A stretch of DNA of 64,000 nucleotides from Bugula neritina (lineage: Eukaryota > Animalia > Bryozoa): NCBI GenBank assembly GCA_964035545.1, contig OZ037770.1, forward strand, positions 2,760,662 to 2,824,661, read 5' to 3'. A program made the translations under genes and the position numbers. Within the stretch, counting starts at the first letter, position 1, and the number at the start of each line of letters is the position of its first letter. This document shows, in pieces, positions 14,339 to 25,627 of this stretch. The notes beneath the pieces were generated by a model. The model was not told the origin of the DNA. It saw only the letters and a program-made list of their open reading frames with translations, and ran no database searches.

Positions 14339-15699
14339 CAAGATGACACTCAGTTGCTATGATAAAGAGAGAGACATTATTATTACAAACTCTACAGTGG
14401 TTTTTTGGTTAATAAAAAAATGTGCTGACAGTTGGGCGTGAACCCAATTAGAGTGGATTGGCACAGTGAATAATTATCCATTACCCTGACTAGCAAACAT
14501 TCGTAACCAACCGTAATCCAAATTATTAGTTCAAGAGTTCAGCTTGTTTTTAGTTATTTTTCTTTTCGGCAGCAACACTACTAACATATATACTGAGGTT
14601 ACATAATATTGTTATTTTATCAATACTGCTTATAGGTCTAAATTATTTATAGATAATTCCGCATATAAAAGACAGAAAAATAGTTCTAATTTTACTAGTT
14701 TATTTGTTTTCATTATTGGTTTTAGCAAATCACAATGTAGCATTAGAAGCTATTTTAAGTCAGTAAAAGCAACCAAATTAAACAAAGTAAAATCAGCTTT
14801 TTAAAAAATTGGGCCTTCAACTTTGTGCTTATGTCAGCTTTTATTGTTTGAAGTGTTGCTAATTATATCATGCAGTTAAATAAACCACCCAGCCTTGTCA
14901 GTTCTATGGAATATGAATGTGGGACAGTGAGAACTACTTACATTAAGATTTAGAGCAGTATATTCAGTTAGATTATATTATATAGAGATTGGAAGACTGC
15001 AGTGAGCTTGAGGGAGCAAAGGTAGTTTTATATTTTGTCCTTTTGTTATATGTTATATGAATATAATATAAAATCTTGTTTGGTTTTACTATGTGTTCAT
15101 ACTGCATTAAATTATGTAGTATAGTAACATTATGTTATCAGATTTCACAGTGAATTTCGTATAAAATTAAAATTTTGACCAAAACTCAATGAGCCCAAAT
15201 TTTAACAGCTCACAAAATATAACTGAAACTAAAAATTTGATAGTTCTGTAAATAGACTGCAGGTGATTATAGAAGAAAGCTAAACATGCTATTTTTAGAC
15301 CTGCATGGTCTGTTTAATATAAGTATGAGATATACTGTATAACGTGATATTCTATATTATTGTAAACTACTCGTGTATTAACCCAGGTAAAACATGCAAG
15401 AAATTAATAAACTTATTGTAGCAATGCACAGCAAGTTTCTTCTGCATTGTATAGGTTTAAACTTTCAAGGGTGTCTTGAGTAGAGTGAATGTTATTAAGC
15501 CTTCCTTCTAGGGCTAGTCTCATAGCTATTAAAGAAGGGGTCGCTCCACTCTTCTGGGATAAAAATAAATAATGTAGAGGTTTAAACTCACTGAGGGAAT
15601 TTGTCTTTTATATTACATTTTGCAGTGAATAGAGGGCATGCAAAGCGTTACTCTGTTATTAATGCCCCATCATTCATACATCGTAGCTATTACTTATCT

Positions 15700-15764
15700 G
15701 GTAACCAATCAGATGTCAGCATTCGCCATGACAACCAATTAAATAGTAGCGTATCCATGGCAAC
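15700..15764 (+). promoter_or_regulatory. Putative promoter: CCAAT boxes plus RFX X-box(es)
   Basis: GTATCCATGGCAAC at 15751-15764 fits the RFX X-box consensus. A second degenerate site TTCGCCATGACAAC is at 15722-15735, with AACCAATCAG near 15703-15712. The main X-box is about 210 bp before the ATG at 15976. Confidence 0.6.
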
Positions 15765-15975
15765 TGCAAACATGTTACAGCCGATATTGCCACTGCTTTA
15801 AGCTAATACTTAATATTACATGTGACAGTGTTTATCTGCTTCGCAGTGTGTTATTTAAAAAACCATTCTCGTGTAGGTGTTTAATGTAATTGTACTTCCT
15901 ATTTTAGTATTTGCTGTCGATAAATCGTCACATTACCCGCTGCCAGTGTTTGCTGCCGCAGGTGGATCTGGCAAG

Positions 15976-18900
15976 ATGGAGCTGTTTGGAGGATGCTGTG
16001 GGTGTGGAGGGGAGTTGCCGAGTCTCAGCGAGTCGGTGGAGTCCGAGAAGTAAGTGAGAGGTCGTTGAGTTTCAGTGAGTGAGTGAGACATCATTGGGTT
16101 TCAGTTAGTAAGTGAGAGGTCGTTGGGTTCCAGTGAGTGAGTGAGAAATCGTTGGGTTTCAGTGAGTGAGTGAGAGGTCATTGGGTTTCAGTGAGTGGGT
16201 GAGAGGTCGTTGGGTTTCAGTGACATAGAGTCATTTTTCGACTATTTTTTAAATTGACTTGATTTTATGTAATTATTTCATCCTAGTTCCACCAGCCAGC
16301 GTAGTCCTAGTTTATCTGTTTCTCTAATTATATGTAGCCCTAGTTCTGTCTCTACACATAGTCATAGTTCTATCTCTACACATAGCCGTAGTTCTATCTC
16401 TACACAGCCCTAGTTCTATCTCTACACATAGCCTTTGTTCTATCTCTACACATAGCCTTTGTTCTATCTCTACACATAGCCCTTGTTCTATCTCTACACA
16501 TAGCCCCAGTTCTATCCCTACACATAGCCTTTGTTCCACCCACAGATTCTCAGCTATTCAGAGTCTGGACTACTACGTAGAGGAGTGGGCGTATAACGAG
16601 CTCAAGTCTATGATCAACGTAGGAACTTCCTGCTTTACTCGAGAGAAGGTACCAAAGAGAAAAGACCTTGACATCAAAGTACACTGGGATTGTGTTACCT
16701 TCACTCATGGTGAGTTGGAAACCTACCTTCACAAGCAAAGAAGATTTCAGTTCAATAATATTTTTACATCTCTAGCATTTAGGTGCAGTAGTAGATACAT
16801 TGAGATAGCCTAAGTTCTTTAATTTTTTCTATAGATTTTGGCTTGGGACACGGGTTGACATTTTTGTGAAAACATAACTTCTTTTGCTGCATTTCTAATC
16901 TAGAACACAGGCTTTTCCCAAGTTCTCTGTTACTGCACCTACCTCCTATCTAGTGGAGTACTTTTCGGCTTGTATCGTTTAGTTTACTTTTAAGTTTTGT
17001 AAGTCCAATGTATACTTAAAACTTTATTGCACATTTTTTACTCTTAAAAATTTTTTTGGCTTATAGAAACACCAGAGCAACTGAAACCTCAGTCGGAGAA
17101 AGAGCGAGCTGCAGAAACTGAACTGAATAACGTGGAGTCAGCACCTTTGATTAGCTCCGCCTCTGCTCAAGATGGCTTCCACGCCAAAAACAAGATGGAG
17201 AATCTGCATCACGAGACGTTCTCAGTAACGGTAGGACTTCCTTTTATTAAAATACCTTTTACTGACTTTAAACTGCTGTTTGATGTTAACTTATTCCCAT
17301 TTTGCTATTCCAAAAAGATTTGCCATTTTTCACTATCATTAGGTAAAATAATTTCCCTCACTGGAATTTAAACCCGGGACCTCCGGCTTGCAAGCAGGAG
17401 AGCTAACCATAGCACCACAGAGGCTACAGGGTTAACTCAACACTACAGTGTCAAGATTATAAAAAAATAATTATTAATTATACAACTCCATTGCTTAAAG
17501 CATCAATCACTGTGAAAAAATTAAGGTTTTCGGGCAGGGTAAAAACTCTGATTCTTTCCTCATTACCTGATTGGAGGATTTTTTTTTGACATCACCAATT
17601 GTGTCACGCTCTAGTCATAACTCTGTGACTCATAGTTCTATTATACTGCAACTATTGCGGATGATTCTAATTTTATTTCAGTTTGACAACACGACTGGCG
17701 ATGAGTGTAACACTACCCTGACAGCCAATAGGAAAGTCAGAGCTGCGTACGAAGTTGACGTACACAAAAGTGTACAGACTGGCCACAACCTTCAACTCTC
17801 ATTCAAAGCAGGGAATGACGAATCTCCTGTAAGTACTAGATTATTGTTTACAAAAGACTGACAACTCCCAATTTTTATAACTCATGGCCAGACAATTCCT
17901 AATAGTTTGTTAGACTGAATTTTCTTGCTATATAAGTTTTATACATGTACTTGACATGTATGTACATGTGTTTGACCTACATATACATGTATTTGACTTA
18001 TTTGCATGTACTTGATATACACATTCAGGTAATTCTTTTAAATGTAAATTTTCTTTGATAATCATGCAAGTTTGAACAAGTATTTGCCATTCCTACACTT
18101 GTGGTCCAGAATGTGTCTAAAGTAAAAAGCAGATTCTTTCTTTATTCACTATTTCTTGGGTGATAATAATTTATTAGAGTTGCCTTCTTATTAAAAAGTG
18201 AATATTGTAAAACATGCTGCTAGTAAAATGAGTGTTTTGGTTACTTATTTTAGTTTTACTTATCGAAACGTATACACATACACATATTTTTAAGTTCTCT
18301 GGAATTGTTAGAGTTAATTACTGTTTAATTGCATGGTATGAATTTATATTAATTACATTTTATAATTATTTGGTTAAAGTGTAGAATATTATCATATAAC
18401 CTAGCTGGTGTTATAATTATTAATTTATTAATTTGTCTATATTTATAATAGCATTACTGTTATAAAACTCGCGCAAGTTTATAGTCGCTATCCCTGTGAG
18501 AAACCCCTGATGGAAAGGTTCTTGTTAGAACAGGCCAAGGACTTGTTCAAATGAGGCACAGGAGTAATTATGACTGGATGCTCTTCCTAACATCACCAAT
18601 GTCGGGGTTCGAACCCACGACTTCGTGTTCACAAAGCGAACGCTTTAACCCCTAGACCACAGCTGCTCCCTAATTCTTGTATCTCTATGTCAAACCAAAA
18701 CTTCAAGATGTAATTTCTTGGAAATCCGCTGATTGATTGAAATACCACGGCTTTCAAAGTGTTCAGGCTGAAAACCTGGCAATTGCTGTAAAACCATTTA
18801 GTTATTTATATTATGCCTACTCATATAATATTACTAACATGTAACCATATTGCTGCATATCATAATATGCATATTATCATTTACTACTACTATTCTATTC

Positions 18901-21900
18901 TATATTACTACCTACTATATTACTGCATATATTACTGTATATATTACTGTGTATATTACTGTATATATTACTGCATATATTACTGTGTATATTACTGTAT
19001 ATATTACTACTATATTACTGTGTATATTACCGTATATATTACTGTGTATATTACTGCATATATTACTGTGTATATTACTGTATATATTACTGCATATATT
19101 ACTGCATATATTACTGCATATATTACTACTATATTACTGTATATATTACTGCATATATTACTGCATATGTTACTGCATATATTACTGCGTATATTACTAC
19201 TATATTACTGTATATATTACTGTATATATTACTACTATATTACTGTATATATTACTGCATATTTTACTGCATATTTTACTGCATATATTACTGCATATAT
19301 TACTGTATATATTACTACTATATTACTGTATATATTACTGTGCATATTACTGCATATATTACTGTGTATATTACTTCATATATTACTTCATATATTACTT
19401 CATATATTACTGTATATATTACTGTATATATTACTGCATATATTACTGCATATATTACTGCATATATTACTGCGTATATTACTGCGTATATTACTGCGTA
19501 TATTACTGCATATATTACTGCATATATTACTGTATATATTACTGTATATATTACTGCATATATTACTGCATATATTACTGCATATATTACTGCATATATT
19601 ACTGTATATATTACTACTATATTACTGTATATATTACTGTATATATTACTGCGTATATTACTGCGTATATTACTGCATATATTACTGCATATATTACTGC
19701 ATATAATACTGTATAATTATATTACTACTATATTACTGCATATATTACTGCATATATTACTGCATATATTACTGTATATATTACTGCATATATTACTGCA
19801 TATATTACCGCATATATTACTGCATATATTACTGTATATATTACTGCATATATTAATGTATATATTACCGCATATATTACTGTATATATTACTGCATATA
19901 TTACCGCATATATTACTGTATATTCATATCTTGAAGGTCCAAGCAGAGGCAGCCTACGAGTTCAATAAAATGCTGGAGGATTATAAAGGAGAGAAGAAAA
20001 CAGAAGAAATGGAAACGGAACTTCACACTGAATGCCCCGTATTGGTTAAAGGAAATCATAAAACTGAGGCTAAGTATGTCTCATAGTGTAATGTGTAATA
20101 ATATTGACCAGAGACAATTTTTGTTTGTGGGGTTATTTATTTCATAATTCAAAAGTGTTTAAAGTTATTTTGGGCACACAGCTTAATGATGAAAGATAAT
20201 TTTAAATCGTTCGGGTTGCCTATACTTTATAAGATCTGATATTAGAACTGGTCAAATGTTTTTATATAAATCAACCTTTAGAGTTTAGACTAAAAAATAA
20301 AAAGATGATAATCAGCTAAAATATTAGTGAGAATAATTCATTAATTTTAATTTATTTTAACCAAAAATACGGCTTGTATTTCAAAATAGCATCATTTAAC
20401 GATTCACTTTTCGTTACAGGTTTGTGACAACTTATCAGAACTACAAGAAGACTCTGCACATCAAATCCAAATTTGAAGGAACAATCAATATTGACATTAC
20501 GGGAAAGAAAAAGAAAAATGGGCAAGTAGTTTTAAAAGAGAACACAACTCTCAGTATTTTCATTCCTTTGCATTACCTAAATAGATGCTTGTTTAGATGA
20601 ATTTGTCATTTCATTCAATTTGCAACTTAATCAAACATCAATGAAATATTCACTGCACAATTTTGAGGTTAATAAGCTTGAAAACATGAGGTAGGTGCTG
20701 TAAGAAATTGAGAAAAGCCTGTGTTCTAGATTAAAAATGAAGCAAAAGAAGTTATGTTCAAAAATTTCAGCCCGCGCCCCAAATCAGAATTTATAAAGAA
20801 ACTTAAATTTAAGCTATCTCAATTTCTCCACTACTGATTCTAAAAGTAAAATTTTGTATATTTAAACAAGCCTTTTGCCATCTAGCATCTTTTATTACTG
20901 GCAAATATGAATTCGCAAGAATTTTATATACATAAATCATCAGGCCATTAATATTACTTTTAAATGACATTACCTATACCATTGAATATGATAGACATAC
21001 TTCATGCGTGCATTATTGTGTTTAGTAAACCTCAATGTTTCAAATTAAACGCTAACAGTTTATTGAGTAGACCTTAAGTCTTATATTAAGGGTAAGTTTT
21101 AGCTTCAACATGCTTGCTGATTGGCTACTTGTTTCATGATTGAGCCAATAATTGGGTAGATAACATGTACACTGTTTGAGTTGAAATACACTTTTAAAGT
21201 CATAATTCAAACAACATACTTTCATAATTTTATGTTCGTAAAACATAAATCTATAATTATATATTATATTATATATTATATTATATAATTATGTACTATA
21301 TATATTATATTATATTATATGTTACATATATTATAGTGAAGCATAGAAACTTGACATTCGGATAAAAAAGCAAAACGGCAGTATTTTGTAAAATGGCTTA
21401 AGCCTCTCGTTCTTTTGTATTCTTCTGCAAGCTAAGATTTTGTACAATAGAAGTTGTCTTCCCTGCCTCATGACTTGGAATCAAGCAGCGTCTATTTTTA
21501 GCTACTCTAGCAATGACGAGTCAAATGTGAAATTTATTTACGATTTCAATTATCCACAATTTTATTGACTTCATCAAATTCTTTGTAGAAAGAGATTTTA
21601 CAAGCCGCTAGCGGAAGATGCCGGAAGGATATTCTACCAGATAAAGAAGGAGGCTGACTCACCTCTATCTAAGATGATTGACGTTGATGAAGATCTGGTA
21701 ATTGTCTTCCTTTGATCTCATATATAAGTATTTAGTAGTTTAAGTTGTCAAACTGAGCCAGGCTTATGTGTTCTCCTCATTGCATCGAGTAATGATTAAC
21801 AAACTGGAAATATGAAACTAGTTTTAAATTTTATTGTAACTAAACTTTATGAGACATATTTATTATTTGAGTAAATTTTAAAAACTAAATTATGCTTGAT

Positions 21901-22627
21901 TCAAAGTCAATGCTAAAAGAGTCCTTAATATGCACTTAAACCTGGTTTAGCAAAGGTACAGTAAACGAAAATTTTCAATAGCCTTAATTTTGTATCTTAA
22001 TAAATTTAGGTTTAGGGTTTGGGTTATAGTCTTCACGGGAGCATATATTTTTAGCTAATTTTCTAATTGAGAACACAGTCCTTTCTCAATTTCACCAACC
22101 TTAGAGTTACGCTCTTGAAGTTAACATAGTTTTATCATGATTGTGGTGTAAAATTTTTGCCCGCTGAGGTAAAAATTTTGCATCACAACCCTGTGGCGTT
22201 AACCAATTACACCACAGGGGTCCAGTGGGCAAAGTCAACACTACATCCTACCCAGTTTTCAAAAACCCCACTGGCCTTTCCACTACTCCTTCAAGCTCTT
22301 CTTGTCTCTCAACTCTTTTGGAATACTACCAGACGACACTAAGGACTGGAATAACTTATACAATTTCTGCCCCCCCCCCTTTCCCCCTACTGGAAGTCAA
22401 ACCACAGACCCCCCCCCGACTTGCGCTAACCAATCACACCACTGGATAAACACAGCACTACATGTTATTTCTTCAACTCTATACAGTATTTCCTGTTTCA
22501 GGTCGTCACCTACACGAGTAGCGCTACGTTCTGTTCGAGTTTTGGAGTAGACACTCACGTCGTACTCAACTCATATCCTCTAACTTCTGCTCAGAGTCCT
22601 GCTGCTACGACAAGTCCAGCAGAATGA
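15976..22627 (+). CDS. ETX/MTX2 (aerolysin-fold) beta-pore-forming-toxin-like protein, 340 aa, 8 exons
   Basis: Exons 15976-16049, 16546-16709, 17067-17230, 17682-17828, 19937-20073, 20420-20521 (GC donor), 21589-21697, 22502-22627 total 1023 nt, all in phase. Motif order matches invertebrate ETX/MTX2-like proteins: LDYYVEEWAY...LDIKVHWDCVTF; FDNTTGDECNTTLTANRK; alternating hairpin LQLSFKAG...VQAEAAYEF; PVLVKGNHKTEAKF; IKSKFEGTINIDI; VTYTSSATFCSSFGVDTHVVLNSYPL. The gene structure is well supported; the family call is from motif recognition only. Confidence 0.72.
16050..16222. repeat. About 29-bp minisatellite starting at the intron-1 donor
   Basis: Unit GTGAGTGAGTGAGAGGTCGTTGGGTTTCA, about 6 copies. 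Confidence 0.88.
16334..16538. repeat. 24-bp minisatellite ending at the exon-2 acceptor
   Basis: Unit GTTCTATCTCTACACATAGCCTTT-like, about 8 copies. Confidence 0.88.
16781..16940. mobile_element. 160-bp MITE (family C)
   Basis: Perfect 10-bp TIRs AGGTGCAGTA/TACTGCACCT. The internal motif CATAACTTCT..TGCT.CATTTCTAAT.TAGAACACAGGCTTTT recurs at about 8620-8690, 8880-9046, 20693-20836, 25223-25363, 34772-34925 and 36400-36456. Confidence 0.75.
17350..17427 (-). mobile_element. tRNA-like repeat family B, reverse copy
   Basis: Reverse complement GTAGCCTCTGTGGTGCTATGGTTAGCTCTCCTGCTTGCAAGCCGGAGGTCCCGGGTTTAAATTCC aligns with 10012-10086. Confidence 0.6.
18461..18669 (-). mobile_element. tRNA-derived SINE family A, copy 3
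   Basis: Reverse complement reads GGAGCAGCTGTGGTCTAGGGGTTAAAGCG...GGTTCGAACCCC...CATTGGTGATGTTAGGAAGAGCATCCAGTCATAA...GGGATAGCGACTATAAACTTG. Confidence 0.8.
18880..19925. repeat. 12-bp minisatellite (TATATTACTGCA/TATATTACTGTA), about 1 kb
   Basis: Direct inspection; ends about 10 nt before the acceptor at 19936. Confidence 0.95.
20693..20836 (-). mobile_element. MITE family C copy
   Basis: AGGTGCTGTAAGAAATTGAGAAAAGCCTGTGTTCTAGATT...GCTATCTCAATTTCTCCACTACTG is the reverse complement of 16781-16940. Confidence 0.7.
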
Positions 22628-23790
22628 ATGTTGTCACAAACTCGCTCTGTTCATGTGGCTCTATAACTATTCCAGTCACAATACACTGGCTCGCTCGAAC
22701 TGCACTAAACCACACGCTGATTGCAACACGTTAACTACTTCATCATAACTACACTATAACTGTGACTACTACTATAACTACATACTACTACGGCTATATA
22801 TACTACTAATACGACTATATACTACTACTATGACTACATGCTACTATGACTATACACTAGTACTATGACTATATGTACTATCTTTACTATATAAAAAAAA
22901 GTCACAATACCCATGACCATATCGATTGTGATGACATGTAACTGTAACTGTGGCTGAATCAGTAAACTGATGTAACTTCAGCCACTCTATGACAAACTAA
23001 TACAATTTAATAATCTACTCTTCTAGTAGAACTATGCTAATTCCAGCAGGCGCTTGCACTTCTAGTAGGTGCTTGGAACAACTATTAGACTTTTCGCTAG
23101 TTCTAAATTAATATTGAGCTAAAATTTTCCAACTGTGTGTACTTTTTGTAGGATTCTAACCATAACTTTTTCTTTCTGAGAATTTATTTAGCAAAACTAA
23201 CTTATTAATATTATCAAACATCTAATCTCTTGCAACATAGATTTGAATTTCAAAGCAAATTATTCTAGAAAATCTAGTTTTCAAGTAGATTTCTTATGCA
23301 TATTTATTTGTTTATCTGTGATTCTATATTTATAAATATTTACATAGCTATATTTGCTGAATTATTATATATTTTCCATATCAAAATAAAAGGATGATTT
23401 TGATGAAACACATATTTATAAACATATTATTTGAGATAATCAAATTTTCTGCTTTTTGTTACAAAATATAACATGTTAGAAATTTATTTTACTGTGTAAC
23501 TTGGTTCTAGAACGTTAACTATGTTAATTAATTGTTGATGCTACAGCTTTTAGAACATCTACTGAGCTTAGCATTTCTAGGGCTAATTTAGTTCAACATA
23601 TTTGGGCATGTCTGCATATTTGATAGTCTAGTTGTTTTAAGGTCTACACTGTAATTTTATTGACATGCAAAACCAAAACATCTTTACAGGAAAAACATTA
23701 ATTAGAATAGCATTTGGTCAATAATACATTCAGTATTAGTTGAATTAATATTTAGTGAAACGACCAGTTCACTTGTAGAGTAGTAGTTGG

Positions 23791-25627
23791 TCAATCCATA
23801 CTGCAGAACCCAAAGTTACAGCCTTTGTAATCATTGTCATATCGATAAATGAGGTCGTGGGGACTGTCCGAGCATCGCATGACGGATATGTTCCAGATAC
23901 TCTGTTTACACGTGTATCCTTTGCCCCGTCCATCTCTTGAAGCATAGACAAACACCGTCGTCACCACGCCAACCCTAGTGGGCATTGGCTGGTCAGTCCA
24001 TATACCTCCATATGTACCGCAGCTGTAGACTGGAGGACACGTGTCCAGAATCCTGTTTCCTGCTTTACCGACAAATCTAAACCAAGGTCGTCCGTCTCGA
24101 ACCATCTGTTTTGTGTCGCAGTTCGATTTACCCCAAATTGGTGAGATGCGACTTCCACGATTATCTTTCCTCCAGGATTCCGAAAGATTTCTTGCGGTTA
24201 AACACTCATCTGGCATCGGGTTTGCTGTGGAAATTGTAGTAGCGAGAGTTGTTGGGGTTGAAGTTATAGTACTAGCAGTAGTAGTACTAGCAGTAGTGGT
24301 ACTTGCAGTTGTGGTACTGGCAGTTGTGGTACTAGCAGTAGTAGTACTAGCAGTAGTAGTACTGGCAGTAATAGTACTGGCAGTAGTGGTACTGGCAGTT
24401 GTGGTACTGGCAGTTGTGGTACTGGCAGTTGTGGTACTGGCAGTTGTAGTGCTGGCAGTTGTAGTATTGGCAGTTGTGGTGCTGGCAGTTGTGGTGCTGG
24501 CAGTTGTGAAGTTTGTACTAGATGGCAAAGTGGTATCTGAGGAGTTGGTGTGAGAGAAATCTACTCGACATTTCTGAAGAGTATTACTGATTGACCGGTA
24601 AAGGGTTTTCTCTACTTCAAGAGCTATCTCATACTCTACAAGAGTTGTGACACTATGTGACATCATATATAACATCATGTGACTTCATGTGATATCATGT
24701 GACATTGTGTGACTTCATGTGATATCATGTGACATTGTGTGACATCATATATGACATTGTGTGTCATTATATATGGATGGCATCATGTGACAACATGGGG
24801 CATCATATATGACATCATGGGGGCATCATATATGACATCATGGGGGCATCATATAAGATATTGTATGATATCACATGATATCATCATGTGACATGTAAAA
24901 CTGGTGACTACTGAGTTTGCTTTATGAATTTATATGATAATATAAATAATCTAATATAACTCCTCCCCTAGCTCCCCCTCTCCTTCTCTTCCACCCCTGT
25001 ATAGAACTTATATCCCGATATGTTCTTACCAACATGGTTCTCACAAACACCTGATCTTTAACATTATGGTGATCGAAGCTTGTCTTAAAATCAATTTACA
25101 TAGTGAGCTGTTTGACGGCAATAAGCAACATTAACCAATTACCACGAGTCTCTTCTAACAGCATACGGGAAGTACGTAAAGCAAATTATATTATATTATA
25201 TTATAGAACTTTTCATTTAAGAGCCGTAGTGGAAAAATTGAGTTAGCCAAGCTCTTTAACTTCATTGTTAAATTTAAGTTTGGGGCGAGGGTTGACATAA
25301 CTTCTTGTGCTACATTTCTAATCTGGAACACAGGCTTTTCTTAATTTCTCTATTACTACACCTACCTCGAGTTTCTAGAGTATCAAAACATGCTGATAAA
25401 TAAATTTTAGCGTTATATATACCTGAGGAACTCTGGCGTTTGTCAAATATAGATGGTAGTTTGTAGTGTGGGCACTCCTCCCGCAACACTTGGTGTATCA
25501 CTTTGACTCTCAGTCTATAAAGGTCAAGTTCAGAGGTCACATCTCCATAAAGCAAGTTACTCGTCACAGTTACCGTTGCTATGGTAACAAACAGCAACAT
25601 TTTCAGCAATATTTTACTCGGCATCAT
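23791..25627 (-). CDS. Secreted mucin-stalk protein with C-terminal UMOD/GP2/OIT3-type D8C domain, 356 aa
   Basis: Exons 25627-25423 (signal-peptide-like MMPSKILLKMLLFVTIATVTVTS), 21-nt micro-exon 25050-25030 and 24635-23791 total 1071 nt in phase. A (TTTAS)n stalk is followed by EC...WRKD...NCD...WFRFVGKAGNRILDTCPPVYSCGTYGGIW...C...ISVMRC...IYRY...GCNFGFC, the D8C cysteine/tryptophan pattern. Confidence 0.85.
24645..24895. repeat. Degenerate CATGTGACAT-type tandem repeat
   Basis: Abuts the minus-strand acceptor at 24636. Confidence 0.75.
25223..25363 (+). mobile_element. MITE family C copy
   Basis: Alignable to 16781-16940; ends TTACTACACCT. Confidence 0.7.

Noticed and set aside
18813-20086. 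Three long overlapping ORFs (YITA/ILLH/YYCI repeats)
   Set aside because: They arise from a stop-poor 12-bp intronic minisatellite; only 19937-20073 is a real exon.
20585-20690. Candidate extra exon (DEFVISFNLQ...) ending at GAG|GTAGGT
   Set aside because: There is no phase-compatible upstream donor, and the apparent donor overlaps the end of a MITE copy. The GC-AG join to 21589 gives a continuous ORF without it.
24041-24553. 170-aa hydrophobic + strand ORF (VVLA repeats)
   Set aside because: It is the antisense shadow of the TTTAS mucin repeat of the minus-strand gene.
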